64,000 bases of DNA from Somniosus microcephalus (lineage: Eukaryota): positions 28,272,001-28,336,000 of the forward strand of contig CM126227.1 in assembly GCA_052327205.1 (NCBI GenBank). Direction: 5' to 3'. The notes beneath the pieces are model-generated. The model saw only the letters and a list, made by a program, of their open reading frames with translations. It did not search any database and was not told the origin of the DNA. A program made the position numbers and the translations under genes. Below are positions 23,401 to 35,227 of this stretch, in pieces (position 1 is the stretch's first letter; each line of letters begins with the position of its first letter).

Positions 23401-26400
23401 ATTCCGCTGAAGTGGGTGATTCTCACATTACAGGTATGGCACTTAGAAACTAGACGTGAGCGAAAATACATCGGTTCAAACATTCAAAATATTTCACAGT
23501 TGTCCTATTCCTCAGATGATATAATGGATGTTCCAGAGCACAGCTCTGGGGAAAAAAGGGCATAATGGTCCAACCCTAATCCCCCAGAGCCCAGTTAAAC
23601 GGCATGTAGTTGTTGAGACTAACCTTTCAACATTGCCTGCTTTTAGTTAGGGTGGAAGTATCCTTGAAACTCAGATGTTTGAAATTTATCCTCGGCAGTT
23701 TCCACAGGAAGCTCGTGGTTGCTGTTTGTCGCAGGATCCTGTTAAATATGTTGGCTTATTACATAGAGGATAAATAACAGCCAGTTTTATGAATGAGCGC
23801 TATTGGTGGCAGCCCCAGCCCCATATTGCCCAGGATTCCCCAACCCTTCATTTTGATGGACAGTAAATGATGGGCAGTGAGCAGGTTCGGCTCCTTGCCA
23901 ATAAGGCACATTCATAAAGTTGGTCCTTAATGTCGAGCTGGGGAGGGAAGGGGGCTTCCAAAAATAGACGCTTGAATGATGTCACGACTGCATAACATTC
24001 TAAATTTGGATAAGGATGCAACGCAATTGTAAATCATCAGAAGATTATTTGTTGTTGAACCTTTGCTCAAAAGCCACTTAAGCAACATATGTCAGGATTT
24101 GTTGGGGTTTTTTAATGGAAGAAATGGTACTTAAATGGTTATACAGACGATAACATTGTCAACTTGGAACAATGCCCAGTGGTTATATAGACAATAACAT
24201 TGCCTTGATATTGTAGTAGCAATTGCACGTGGCTCCCATGCAATTGCGTTTTCCCTCTATTATCACAAGTGATGGGTTACCATTGAAATTACTGTCAGTA
24301 TTTAGATAACAGTCTACTCACAAATGCTAATGATCCTAGAAATTACTGTCTGCCACATTAGTCTAAGAACGCCATATACACTTTATGACATTCCTCTGTC
24401 TGCTATTTTAATGGAGGTATTAATCCACTTGTTTTCAATGAGTTGGCACATCTATTACAACATTGGACATAGAATTCTCATGCATATGTGTTAATCATTC
24501 TTACACTAATATTGCAAATAGTCATTTCTAATCTATGATGATCGTAGCATACCTGAACCAAACCAAACCAAATCAATGTAAAATATGGTATGGGTGCTTG
24601 CTGGAGGCCAAATTATTCTGCTTTATGAATTTATTTTTATAAATCAAAGTGTATTTACAAGGATAATCAATCACAAAATTACATTCAAGAGCCAATGCAA
24701 TACAATAATACCTTTTCACAGGATAACTGGCAGTGAGCCACCGCAGTGACAAGCAGCGTGACTTTCCATTTAGAGTGAAGTATGCTGTATGTTCTTTAAC
24801 AAATCTTAAGATGATCTGAAATGTGTATTTTTATATTTATATTTTCTCATTAATTCTGTCCCCAATTCTAACATTGTCACTCAGAAGAGTTCAGAACATT
24901 CAGATCTGAGCTTTGAAGTTACTAAACTTCTAAAAATGCTGTCGGTGGCTTTGGTACCAAGTGGAGTGCTTGCCTTCCAGCCAGATGGTCCCATATTTCA
25001 TTGGGGTGCCAGTCATGCAAGCTCATCTGCCCCATTGAGAACAATTGTCAATTTCAGCCAAGCAATTCATCGTGAAGAGAGGGAAAGAAACGACATGATC
25101 ACAATTGCCTCACTGCACATACATCTCTTGGTCGTTGATTAGAAAGCACGATTGTCATAGTCTCATAAACTAAGAAGCTAGATAACACAAAAAAGATCTA
25201 GCAAAATAGAGGAGGAGAAGTGGGTGTTGGGATAGATAAAACCTGCCTTATTTGTCCATGTGCCAGAAAGAGAATCCTAGTCGCTGGAGTTTACACTTAT
25301 AAATTTAGTGGAGGAATTCATACTCACAGACAAGACATTTGGTGATGTGAAGGCTGCAAAAGACCTCACATTACAGTCACAGCTTAGTAGTAGGATGATC
25401 AGCCCTCAAATTCCTACCTCTGCATTATGACCTCTCGCTTTGATCCCTGAGCTGCACCATTACCTCAGGTCCTGCATTCCATAAACTTCACCCCTAATTT
25501 ACATTAACTTCCATTCGCTCAGCATTCCACAGACTTGCGCTGTCTTTGTGGTACCAGTGGCTGAGATATCCATGGCCTTCACTCATTACGTCTATGGTGG
25601 GCTTAAGACGCAACATAAGATGAGTACATCTAGAGGAGAGGTTAAAAAAAAACACTGCTTATATGGTTGTAAGACAGATGTAGCTACCAGAAGGTCAGAA
25701 CTACACAAAGAACAGATAACTGTCTTCATGACTCCAACTTCTACCAGCCACGGAGAGTCCTTGTGGGTCTGTGTTGATTTGGACATCTTCCAGAAAGTTG
25801 CTGCTGCAGTTTCCTGAAGAAGATGTTTGTTTGCCACAAAATGGTGTCTTTAACATAACAGATTCCTTCATACTACCTTTCTAACCAGTGCTCCTGACAG
25901 ATGGGATAAAAAATAGAGCTGCAAAACGGGGCACTGTATGTGTCCTGTAGTACCTTATATTAGGATGATTTGGTTCACAGTTACCTATTCCTAGCTCTGA
26001 TATGATTCAGTATTTATATGGGGATATATATTGTTTTGGTTTTAGAAGTCCAGAAGTTTCTTGAAATTGGAAACTGCCCATCCTACATATCAGGCGATGG
26101 CTCTCTGATCCTGCATTAAAGCAGAGATATTCCAAACTGCTGTTTGCAGCAGGACCATTCTCAGCCTGACTGGAATTTCAAGTCTATTTTTAGGGAAATG
26201 CACATGGAAATGGGATGGGTTGGGCTGGGACAGCATATCCTCGTGTGTTGACTGATTCAAATGCATGAGAAGAAAAGGAAATGAACAGGGGACTATGAAG
26301 ATTATCTAAGTGGACAGAGTAAATATTCTGTTAAATACTCACGGCATATAGATTTTGTGCCAAGATTTCTTCTTTCCATATCAAGTTTTTCATCAGCTGA

Positions 26401-27587
26401 GAGGGCTTCAGCTTCTGATATCTAATCAGAGCTAATCAAGGTCAACCTGTTCCTTCCACGCTGCTAATCACAAAACATTACAATTCATTTATCCCAACAT
26501 AATTTTTAAAATATTATCTCAAATCTACACCTTCGGTTCTCAGGGTGAGTCAATGGACTAATTCTTTCCCTAAGACTCCTTTATACTGTACGGTATATTG
26601 TATTGTAATCTATAAAATGGCCTTGAATGTAATTTTGGAAGATTATCAGCTGTTTGTTTCTTTATTAATTATTGCTGCTAAAATTCTTTTACGATGCATA
26701 ATGACATTTTAGGGATGAGCAAACTACCCAGGGTTCAAATAATGTACTACTCAGGCTGATCCCCACCATAGAACATAAGGTAGATCCAAACTGGCAACAT
26801 TACTGCTGCACCAATGGTATATTCACACTTTGTGGCTCAGCAACTTGCCCCATTTTATTAGAAATGTGAGTCAGACCTTTGACACCCAGTCAAATTTGTA
26901 CTATCTCCAGTTTCTGGCCCAGTTTTTTCCTCATCCCAGGAATGTTTATTGATCTCTAATGTATTTGCACCTTCTAAAGTACCACCCATTCACCATTGTA
27001 CATGCATATATATTTTCCATATTGTCTATTTTTAAAATGGTGGAGTTCACCTTAAGTGTTTTTTTTTCATCTCGGGTAACAATTAATATAATTAAGCACT
27101 TCGGTTTGCAGGCTTGATGCAAAAAATAATTTGGAAAACTGAATATTTCTGTTAAAGTGACTAATTTATCCTTTTTTTCCCCCCTGGTGGATATCTGTCT
27201 TCACTGACCCTCCTGTAGCTGAGAGCTATTAGTAAAGGGGAAAAACTCATTAATCTTTCTTCAGTGTTATAGAAAGTATGCCTACCCAAATACCTCTGGA
27301 TATGTTTTTCATAATATATATGATTTAATTATGGTTGTGCACCATTAATTCAGCCTGTTCCACTGGCCTCTGAGAGTTCAAGTTCCAGGTTCAGGTACGG
27401 TACAGTGACAGGAATGATAGTCAGCCTATTGAAGTGCTGCTTCAAAAAATAGGGCACCAGGCTGCAAGTGGGTGGCAATGCTCGTCAGTAATATAATCCA
27501 CAGGCCTGCTTTGAAAAGAAAATGGAGGCTCTAGAAAATTAGGAGAACCCCCTCTTCTGTTCTTCATAATTTTTGTTTCTAAATAAT

Positions 27588-27733
27588 AGGGAACTGGATA
27601 AATACTTGAAGGAGAAAAACATTGCAGGGATATGGGGAAAGAGCGGGGGTGTGGGATTAACTGGATTGCTCTTCGAAAGAGCTGGTGCAGACTCGATGGG
27701 CCGAATGGCCTCCTTCTGTGCTGTACTATTCTA
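27588..27733 (+). mobile_element. CR1 3' end fragment
   Basis: GGGCCGAATGGCCTCCTTCTGTGCTGTA tail; shorter relative at ~32672-32753. Confidence 0.75.
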
Positions 27734-28917
27734 GGATCCCAGGTTAAGTTGGCAGCTTGTGGTAGAATTACTGTGTTAGGAATTCCACCCAAAAGCTGTC
27801 TTGTCTAAAGCAATTTAAATCTAGTATTGAGTGAGGGAAGTTGCAATTCTTTAGTGACTGATGGAGTTCATGGGAAAATGATTTTTTATCAGTCTCAGGC
27901 TAGTTTCAGGAACCCAGAAGGCCCATTCCCTTGCTTTAACAAGTTTGTGTTTTACTGTGGTCCCGGATTTAAGTTGTGGAGAATAAAAAAGCTACAAGCT
28001 GAACTAGAGAGCATCTCTTGCAGTGTCTGATCAATGCCCAGCATTCCACTGGTGATGTAAAACAAGGCTTATGCTGTGCAATAATTGGAAATTTACTATG
28101 AAGATACAAACTTTCATTTGGAAAAATACCAAATATTTAAAGGACAAGTGGAAAGGCTTTATTCTTCCATATCTGAAACACATAACCCATCATCATGCTT
28201 GAGGCTCAACTTGGAAATCCACATAAGTAGAGCTTGTATTTGCCAGATATGGAGTGCGTACTCCTTTCCTCAGGGACACTGGCATCTTACGTAGGCCAAG
28301 AGCCAAGGTTTAGCGACCCCCTTCTCTGAGTGTATGTGGGACTGCTGCTGAAATTTGGCTAAAACTGTGTAGCTTACCAACATAAGCCACTGGTAAGCTT
28401 CCCATTCCTGGTTCTGCCAAGCTTCATTAGAGCATCGGCTTGCAGAGTTAAATGTCGCTGAGTGGGAAGAGTACCGCCCCTATATAACTTTCCATGTTCC
28501 ATCACTAAGCTAAAGTGCCTGGTGAGTCAGCAGCTCCCTGGAGTATTGCTGACCTTTGTGCTGCAGGTATAAGATGACCAAGTCTACTCTGGAAGATCGA
28601 CTCGGTTCCAATGTACTATCACAGGCGTGAAATTTTAAAGGCAATCCCACCATAAAGAGACCCTGCTTACCTCCCCCTCAAATATTATTTCATAGTCAAA
28701 TGTAGTTTGTGCATGCATTTTCATTTAGCCTTCAGTTGGTATGTAGCTCGGTAATCTTTGTTTTCAATACTGAGGTTCCCCCACCCCCACCCCTCCCCCT
28801 TATTTGTCAACTGAAAAGGCAGCATTTTTAATTGCTGGCAGGATATTATTTGATGTATTCGGCTAGGTGCATCAGTATCCAAGGAAAGTTGGCACTTGCT
28901 AATCAGCAATGGAGATA

Positions 28918-29230
28918 TTTTTCGAGCTACTAGACAGAGTATGGCGTGGTACTACGAACACACAAACAATGGCAGACAGGTAAAGACCCTCTGGTCCATG
29001 CAGCCTGTCCCACCCGATGGTGATACTTTGTGTATCACAATATATACACTCCCCACCCAAAACCATGGGATCTGGGAGAGGTGAAAAAACAGATAAAAGC
29101 CCAATTTGGGGGGGGGGGGGGTGGAAATCTGGGAAATTCCTCTCCGACCCATCTAGGCGATCAAAACCAGTCCAGGACATCACTCTGGCTCTGAATTCCT
29201 TGCAGTACCTACCTTTTGTAAGAGTTAATA
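28918..29230 (-). mobile_element. CR1-type LINE 3' fragment (different subfamily)
   Basis: Minus strand ends in GGACCAGAGGGTCTTTACCTGTCTGCCATTGTTTGTGTGTTCGTA, a CR1-like hairpin and tail. Confidence 0.55.
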
Positions 29231-31401
29231 TCCACCCTTGCCAGAAACAGGCCCAGCTCTCACTTGAAGAGAGAGAGCCACAGATGTGCTCCATCTCTTC
29301 AGTGAGGATTGACAAACATCAGCAGGGAAAGCCTTCCCCTACGAGAGCCCATATTCTGTCTCCTTATCATAGAATGGAACTGACGGATGATGTGCATTCG
29401 GATTTATTATTCTAGATGTTAAATAAAGAACTGGTAATGATCTCACAGATCAAACCGTGCCATCATCCAGAACAATTTGTGTATATTTCTTATCCACAAA
29501 AACATTTACCTTGACCTTTAGCTGTGATAGATCAGACATGGCAACATTATTTTGGATTCAAACTGATTTGCTTCCTTTGCTTGCTGCTATAGCAAAAGAA
29601 ACTAGATTTTCAATCACCGTCATAAAGAACGGAGCGGAATGCTGCCCCTACACTGCATTGAATTGTAGTCATATGTGTAGTGGGCTTGTCGGCGTTCCCA
29701 GAACAGCTGCTTGGTGCCAAGTGTGAAGCCTGCTGTTGGTGAAATTGACGGCATGGTGTGGTCTGGGGCCTGCTCCAGGGGTGTGAACAATTTGAGTCAT
29801 TATTACGTCCCTCCTTTCCATGAGTATTGGCTGTGTGCACACCTCCTACATTACCGGTTATGATAACCGGCATGAATCAGTAAGCAAGAAATGTACAACT
29901 GTATACTGAGACAGTCACACATTTCTCTTTAATTGTAAGGCATAGCTGAAATAAATAAATAAACCCGTCACCGGCAAAGGTGCTGCAGTCTCTATTTTTA
30001 ATCAGACATTGCTATATCCTACAAGACATCTGAGAGGAGACCAAATCACTTCTGCCAATCACCAATCCAGACAGGTTGGACCAACAGTACAGTCAGAAAG
30101 TTTACCTGTAACACCAGGAGCCAGAACATTCAGCACAGGTTCTCAGGGTTCCTCCCGGATAGTTTGGGGAGATTTGTATTTTATAGAAAGCCAATCAGGA
30201 ATATTTGGGGCTTGAGTTGGCTTTCAGACGGTAATACCAGACCTCTGAGACCCATTATGCCATGTTCACAGGTAACCTACAGAAACAGTAATTGCTTACC
30301 AGCCTTATGGGCATATTAATCTTAAATAGACAGGTTGGTAGCTGCCTTACACTCTCAATTTACTGGGGTAAATATTGGAGTACTACTAATGTCAACTTCA
30401 CTTGCCCTGAACACTGATATAACCACTAGGTTTTTATCTTCAGAAATAGGTCCCATAAGCAGCTGTTGTTTGTTCTCAGCAGGGAGGATGTTATGCCAGC
30501 TGTGTTGATTCTTTACATTTGGGGATGATACTTAGATTTTTTTTCCCATCTGCTACATACGTGACTACTGGTCTGCATGTCTGCACCAGCCCTTACCGTT
30601 ATGTGGATGCATCATTTCAGATGTTAAAACTCCAGGGGCGTGAACTTAAATATGGAAATCCAAACGTTAGCATCAAGGAATTAAAAAATGCCTGGGGTAG
30701 AAGTCCTGAGTTATGCCCACAAATTCTAAAATATGTTCTTATAAGTCCATGCTAATAATCTTTTTGCTCTGGATGGCATGTTGTTCAGAAATGGCTGGAA
30801 TAATTTCGATTCAGTCCTGGGTTGAATTCAAACACAAGGCCAAGAGAGATGGAGCGACGGTCTCCTGTCTCTTACACCTGTTAAAAGCTGTAAGCGAGGT
30901 AAATTTCGGCAGTCTCTTGTTCATTTCTTAGTGGAATCGAACCCAAAGGACAAAACTCCGCTTAACATTTTCTTATTGACGCTGATCTCCTTACCCGGGT
31001 AATGCACAAGCATAGACAGTATGAAGCATGAAAACCTCACACTAGTGCAGTTGGTGGAAAGGAAAGGGTTACAGAAGACTATGGAATAACAGCGTTTTCA
31101 GACCAATGTAGGAAACAATGTGTATTGCTTCTGTGCCCACTTGACCTAGGATTGCTTTGTTTACTCCTAATAAGTGCAAAGAATTATTTACAATTGCGTT
31201 GATGAGCAGATACTTATTATGAACAGTTTCACAAGTGTGAATTCATTAGGGAGCCTAGCTGAAGAAGGAAAGCATGTAAATGAAAAGGAAATTAAAAAGT
31301 ACTCTTGGAACTTTATCAGAGGCCTTTGAAAAGCAAACAAACTATGTATTGTATTGCATATAATTCTGGAGGGACTACAGGAGGATACTGTACCTTTAGA
31401 T

Positions 31402-31539
31402 CTGCTGTGCGCAAATTGGTTGCCGCGTTTCCCACATTACAACAGTGACTACACTTCAAAAGTACTTCATTGGCTGTAATGTGCTTTGAGACGTCTGGTG
31501 GTCGTGAAAGGCGCTATATAAATGCAAGTCTTTCTTTTT
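31402..31539 (+). mobile_element. SacSINE1-like 3' portion
   Basis: Same tail as 5514-5624. Confidence 0.7.
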
Positions 31540-32105
31540 GTGACTGCACATACTGAGGCTGTTGATATACTCTTCTCTCCTTTAGATAAGAAGGAAATGT
31601 CAGCCAAAATGCTTTGCTTTATTATTGCTGATTTGAATTTGTCCTCTGCCACAATATGAACTCCAGGACTCGTAGCTCAGGTCTCCACTCGACTGGATAC
31701 AATCGATCAGGGTGTGATAATATGAGTTTGAAGGTTGATATTAATCAATCTTGAAACGTTATAACCCAAGGCTGCCTGAAGTTCTCAATCACCGCATAAG
31801 TATTCCATTTTCCCCTTTTCCCAGTGAACTCCTTTTCGAGTGAGTTGCAGGTAAAGCTATCGTGTCTTGTCATTGTGCTTGAAAACTCCGTATTTATTTT
31901 CTTAAAAATGACCTGAAAGTGTCTTTTCATTTTGTCCAAGATCCTGTTCCATTTCCATTGATGTCAGTTGCAGTGTATGCAGAACCCACTGACATTATTG
32001 AGCATTCTGCTCGTGTACCTGAATGTCTTCATTCGTTTAATGAATATTCTTCAAATTAAATGGATCATTCAGAGTCTTAACTGCTTTGTTTTTGATTAAT
32101 CTCAG

Positions 32106-32151
32106 CTATCACGGCAGTGTTGTTGTGACCAGGTCCTCAACACCTCAATAG
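32106..32151 (+). CDS. IGSF9B: Candidate alternative (poison or terminal) exon of IGSF9B, (G)YHGSVVVTRSSTPQ*
   Basis: Branch-like CTTAAC at ~32076, T-rich tract and CTCAG acceptor. In phase 2 it continues the frame to TAG (32149-32151), immediately followed by donor GTAAGG. Confidence 0.6.
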
Positions 32152-34600
32152 GTAAGGGTCGAATCCATGTCTGAAAGGGGGGGGGCAGCAGGTGGGGCTT
32201 TTAAACTCATTTTTCCTTTAAAGGGGAATACAATACTTGGAATGTTCTTTACCTGCCATCATTTTCCATTTTTGTGTTCAATTTCCTTCCTTTTTTTTGG
32301 TTTCCCATGTGATTTCTCCTTAATTTCCAATTGATGAACTCTCTGCCCTATTCAGTTGGATGGACGTGGAATGTGAGTCCGCAGCTTCTTCGCAACCTGA
32401 ACGTTGTTGCTGTAGGCTCCCCCTGCTCAAGGTGGGCCTCAAATTGGTCGGCATTCTGTTTCATTTTTGTTCCCCCTTCCCTGTTTAGCCACTCCACCTA
32501 TCCTTGTGGTCAGACATTATATGAACCAGGGCACATCAAGAACAAATAAAAGCCACCGTTGGTATGGTTGGCCGATTGGAGGGTCAGGAACCACCACACA
32601 GGAAATCAATGCCTTTAACCATTGTCCTATTGGACTACTACATTTTCCATTTCTTTTAAACTTTGTGACAGTGGAGTGGGACGAATTGGAGAGCTCTTTC
32701 AAAGAGCCGGCACAGACACGATGAACCGAGTGGCTTCCTTCTGTGCTGTATGCTTTGATTGTGTGCCAAAGCTGGCAGCTAAATTTAACCATGAATAAAA
32801 TTTGAAAAGACAGTAATATGTTCAAGAAAACGCAGTGCAAAATCTACCATCAATCAGTTGCCAAGAAAAATGGAAATATTTCCCCAATCACAAACATCTA
32901 TTTCATTTTTTAAACCATCCTGCCATTTAACATTATACTATGCATAATGTGTTCAAATAAGACAGTTCTTTGTTCTGCGGTTCAACGTGATAGATTTTTA
33001 GTGAATATGTCATAATGAAAATGCACATACTTTAAAAATGGGATCTACCTATAAGTGTAAATTGCACAACATAAACAATGCTGTATTTTTGATGCGATAT
33101 TTGCACAATTCAGTCTTCAGTTCCTGATGGCATGGAGGGCTGGCAGCAATTTCCCAGGGCTGTTATGCACTGTCACTATCGTACCCAATTAAGTGCCAAG
33201 CCAATGGTCCAAAAACACTTTGCTGTGTTTGTCTTTCTGAAATGAAATATTTCAGATGGCAACAATAAACATCAATATGTTTTCCTCTATTCATATTGTT
33301 GCTTCGAAACGCCTCCTCTTTCATGACATATCTCACTTTTGATCCACTTGGATTTATCGTCTTCTGTTCTCGCGAAACAGAGGGAAAAAAATCGCTTGAG
33401 AAAGAAAACTCTGGCGCTGTTGGAAGTTCAAGTATTCCCCTTTAAAGTTACATCTGCTAAAGCAATGCATGCTTCCGCTAGTTAAACGTTGTTGCATTTG
33501 TCTTCTGAGTGGCTCAGTGTGATTGTTCCAAAGCATTTTCCCTAATCCTGCCATTCCTCCCCCTCTGTCAGCATGGTGAAGCCCATTGTAGATGAATCTT
33601 TATGTCGTTAGACACATACAAGTGACGCTCTGTTGCACAGCAGTGTAATCATTTACTAACTGTCATTAATTTCGCATTGCAGCAAATTGTTAGGGACTGT
33701 CAAAAGAAATTCCGTGGAATTATTTTGAACCGATGAGGTGATATTGCATAAACTAATAAAAGCAATATAAGCTATCTGTGATTGATGGGTCTGTTGAAAG
33801 TAAAAAGGTTTTGTCTTTATGAATCATGTAATCTACCTTATGGAAGTGGCATAGATTTCAAATAAGCAAAGAATGGCACCTGAAAGCATTCTTCAAATCT
33901 AATTGGTAATATAGCCCACACCACAGTATATTACGTTACCTTTCTAGTCCATGTTATGCGAGAGCCATTTTTCAATCCTGCCCAAAGACTGTACACTCCT
34001 GTGAAAGCAAGAGCAACCCGTCCTTCAGATTAACTAACAAATCACCCACATTAAGTAATGAAAGAGACTGGACAGCACCAACTCTTGGAACACTTCTGCT
34101 ATAGGTTTTGAATCAAGGCCGAACAAATGGACCATCTCCTCTCTGGTAGCTATGACAGGAGTCAAAATAATGCTGTATATGACATACAGAAATGTTTTTG
34201 AAAGTGGTTCTGTAAACTTGCCTCCTACAGTGAACCTGGCTTGTTTATAGCACGGGATTTTTTTTTTTAAACTGTGCATGTGAAACAATTGATACCTGCA
34301 TGATTTGTGTTCAGTATATTTCATTTGCTCAATTTTACATCTTTACTACAGGAGCTATGTACAGGCTGGTAAATGTGTCTGAAAGTTATCTAAAAAGAAA
34401 GGGTTAAATATGAATAAATTTACACTTGCCATTCTCACCCTTGGAAGATATCACAAGAACACCAAGTGCTGGTTGGTTGAAATCTGGAATACCTGACACC
34501 ACTAACCTATCAACTCCTTCCACATCTTCCTCCAGATTTGACTTCCTTATGTCATCAAGATCCCCGACAGAAATTAATGAGTGAACTGTGAATACAGTAT

Positions 34601-34844
34601 TACAAAAAGAAAATACTGCAGATGCTGGAAATCTGAAATAACAGCAGAAAATGCTGGAGGAGCTCAGCAGGTCAGGCAGCATCTGTGAAGAGAGAAACAG
34701 AGTTAACGTTTCAGGTCGATGACCTTTCGTCAGAGTTCAAATGAGTTCTGACGAAAGGTAATCGACCTGAAACGTTAACTCTGTTTCTCTCTTCACAGAT
34801 GCTGCCTGACCTGCTGAGCTCCTCCAGCATTTTCTGTTTTTATT
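34601..34844. mobile_element. Fold-back Penelope-type insertion with two hammerhead cores
   Basis: ~90-bp near-perfect inverted arms around a short spacer. 14-bp TSD TGTGAATACAGTAT at 34587-34600 and 34845-34858. Confidence 0.85.
34743..34781 (+). ncRNA. Minimal type-I hammerhead ribozyme motif, sense to the IGSF9B pre-mRNA
   Basis: GAGUU-CUGACGA-A-AGGU-aaucg-ACCU-GAAA-CG-UU-AACUC, with 5-bp stem I and 4-bp stem II. Confidence 0.6.
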
Positions 34845-35227
34845 TGTGAATACAGTATGTTTGATCACAAACTATACTGTAAAATAAATGATAGTCTAAA
34901 TTTTATTGACACTTTTTAATTTAGTAGCTTTAAAATACCATAAGTGTATGATTGATATTCCAGATCACATTGTCAGTAACCCTGATGCTATGTCATTAAC
35001 CTGCCTCTCTCAAACAGATCATTTTTCTACTCCTTTTTTCCAATGGTTTTCTCCTCTCCTGGAAACATTTACCTCTTGGTGAGGAACAGTTCCACAGGTG
35101 CCGGTCACTATTCAGTGTGTTGGCAAAGTGGCCTTTCTTCACCTATAAGCCGAGCAGTGAATGTCAGCAGGCTTCTTGATTATGGGGCATTGCAGCCAAA
35201 TCTGATCTGTCTTCAATATCCACAGAT

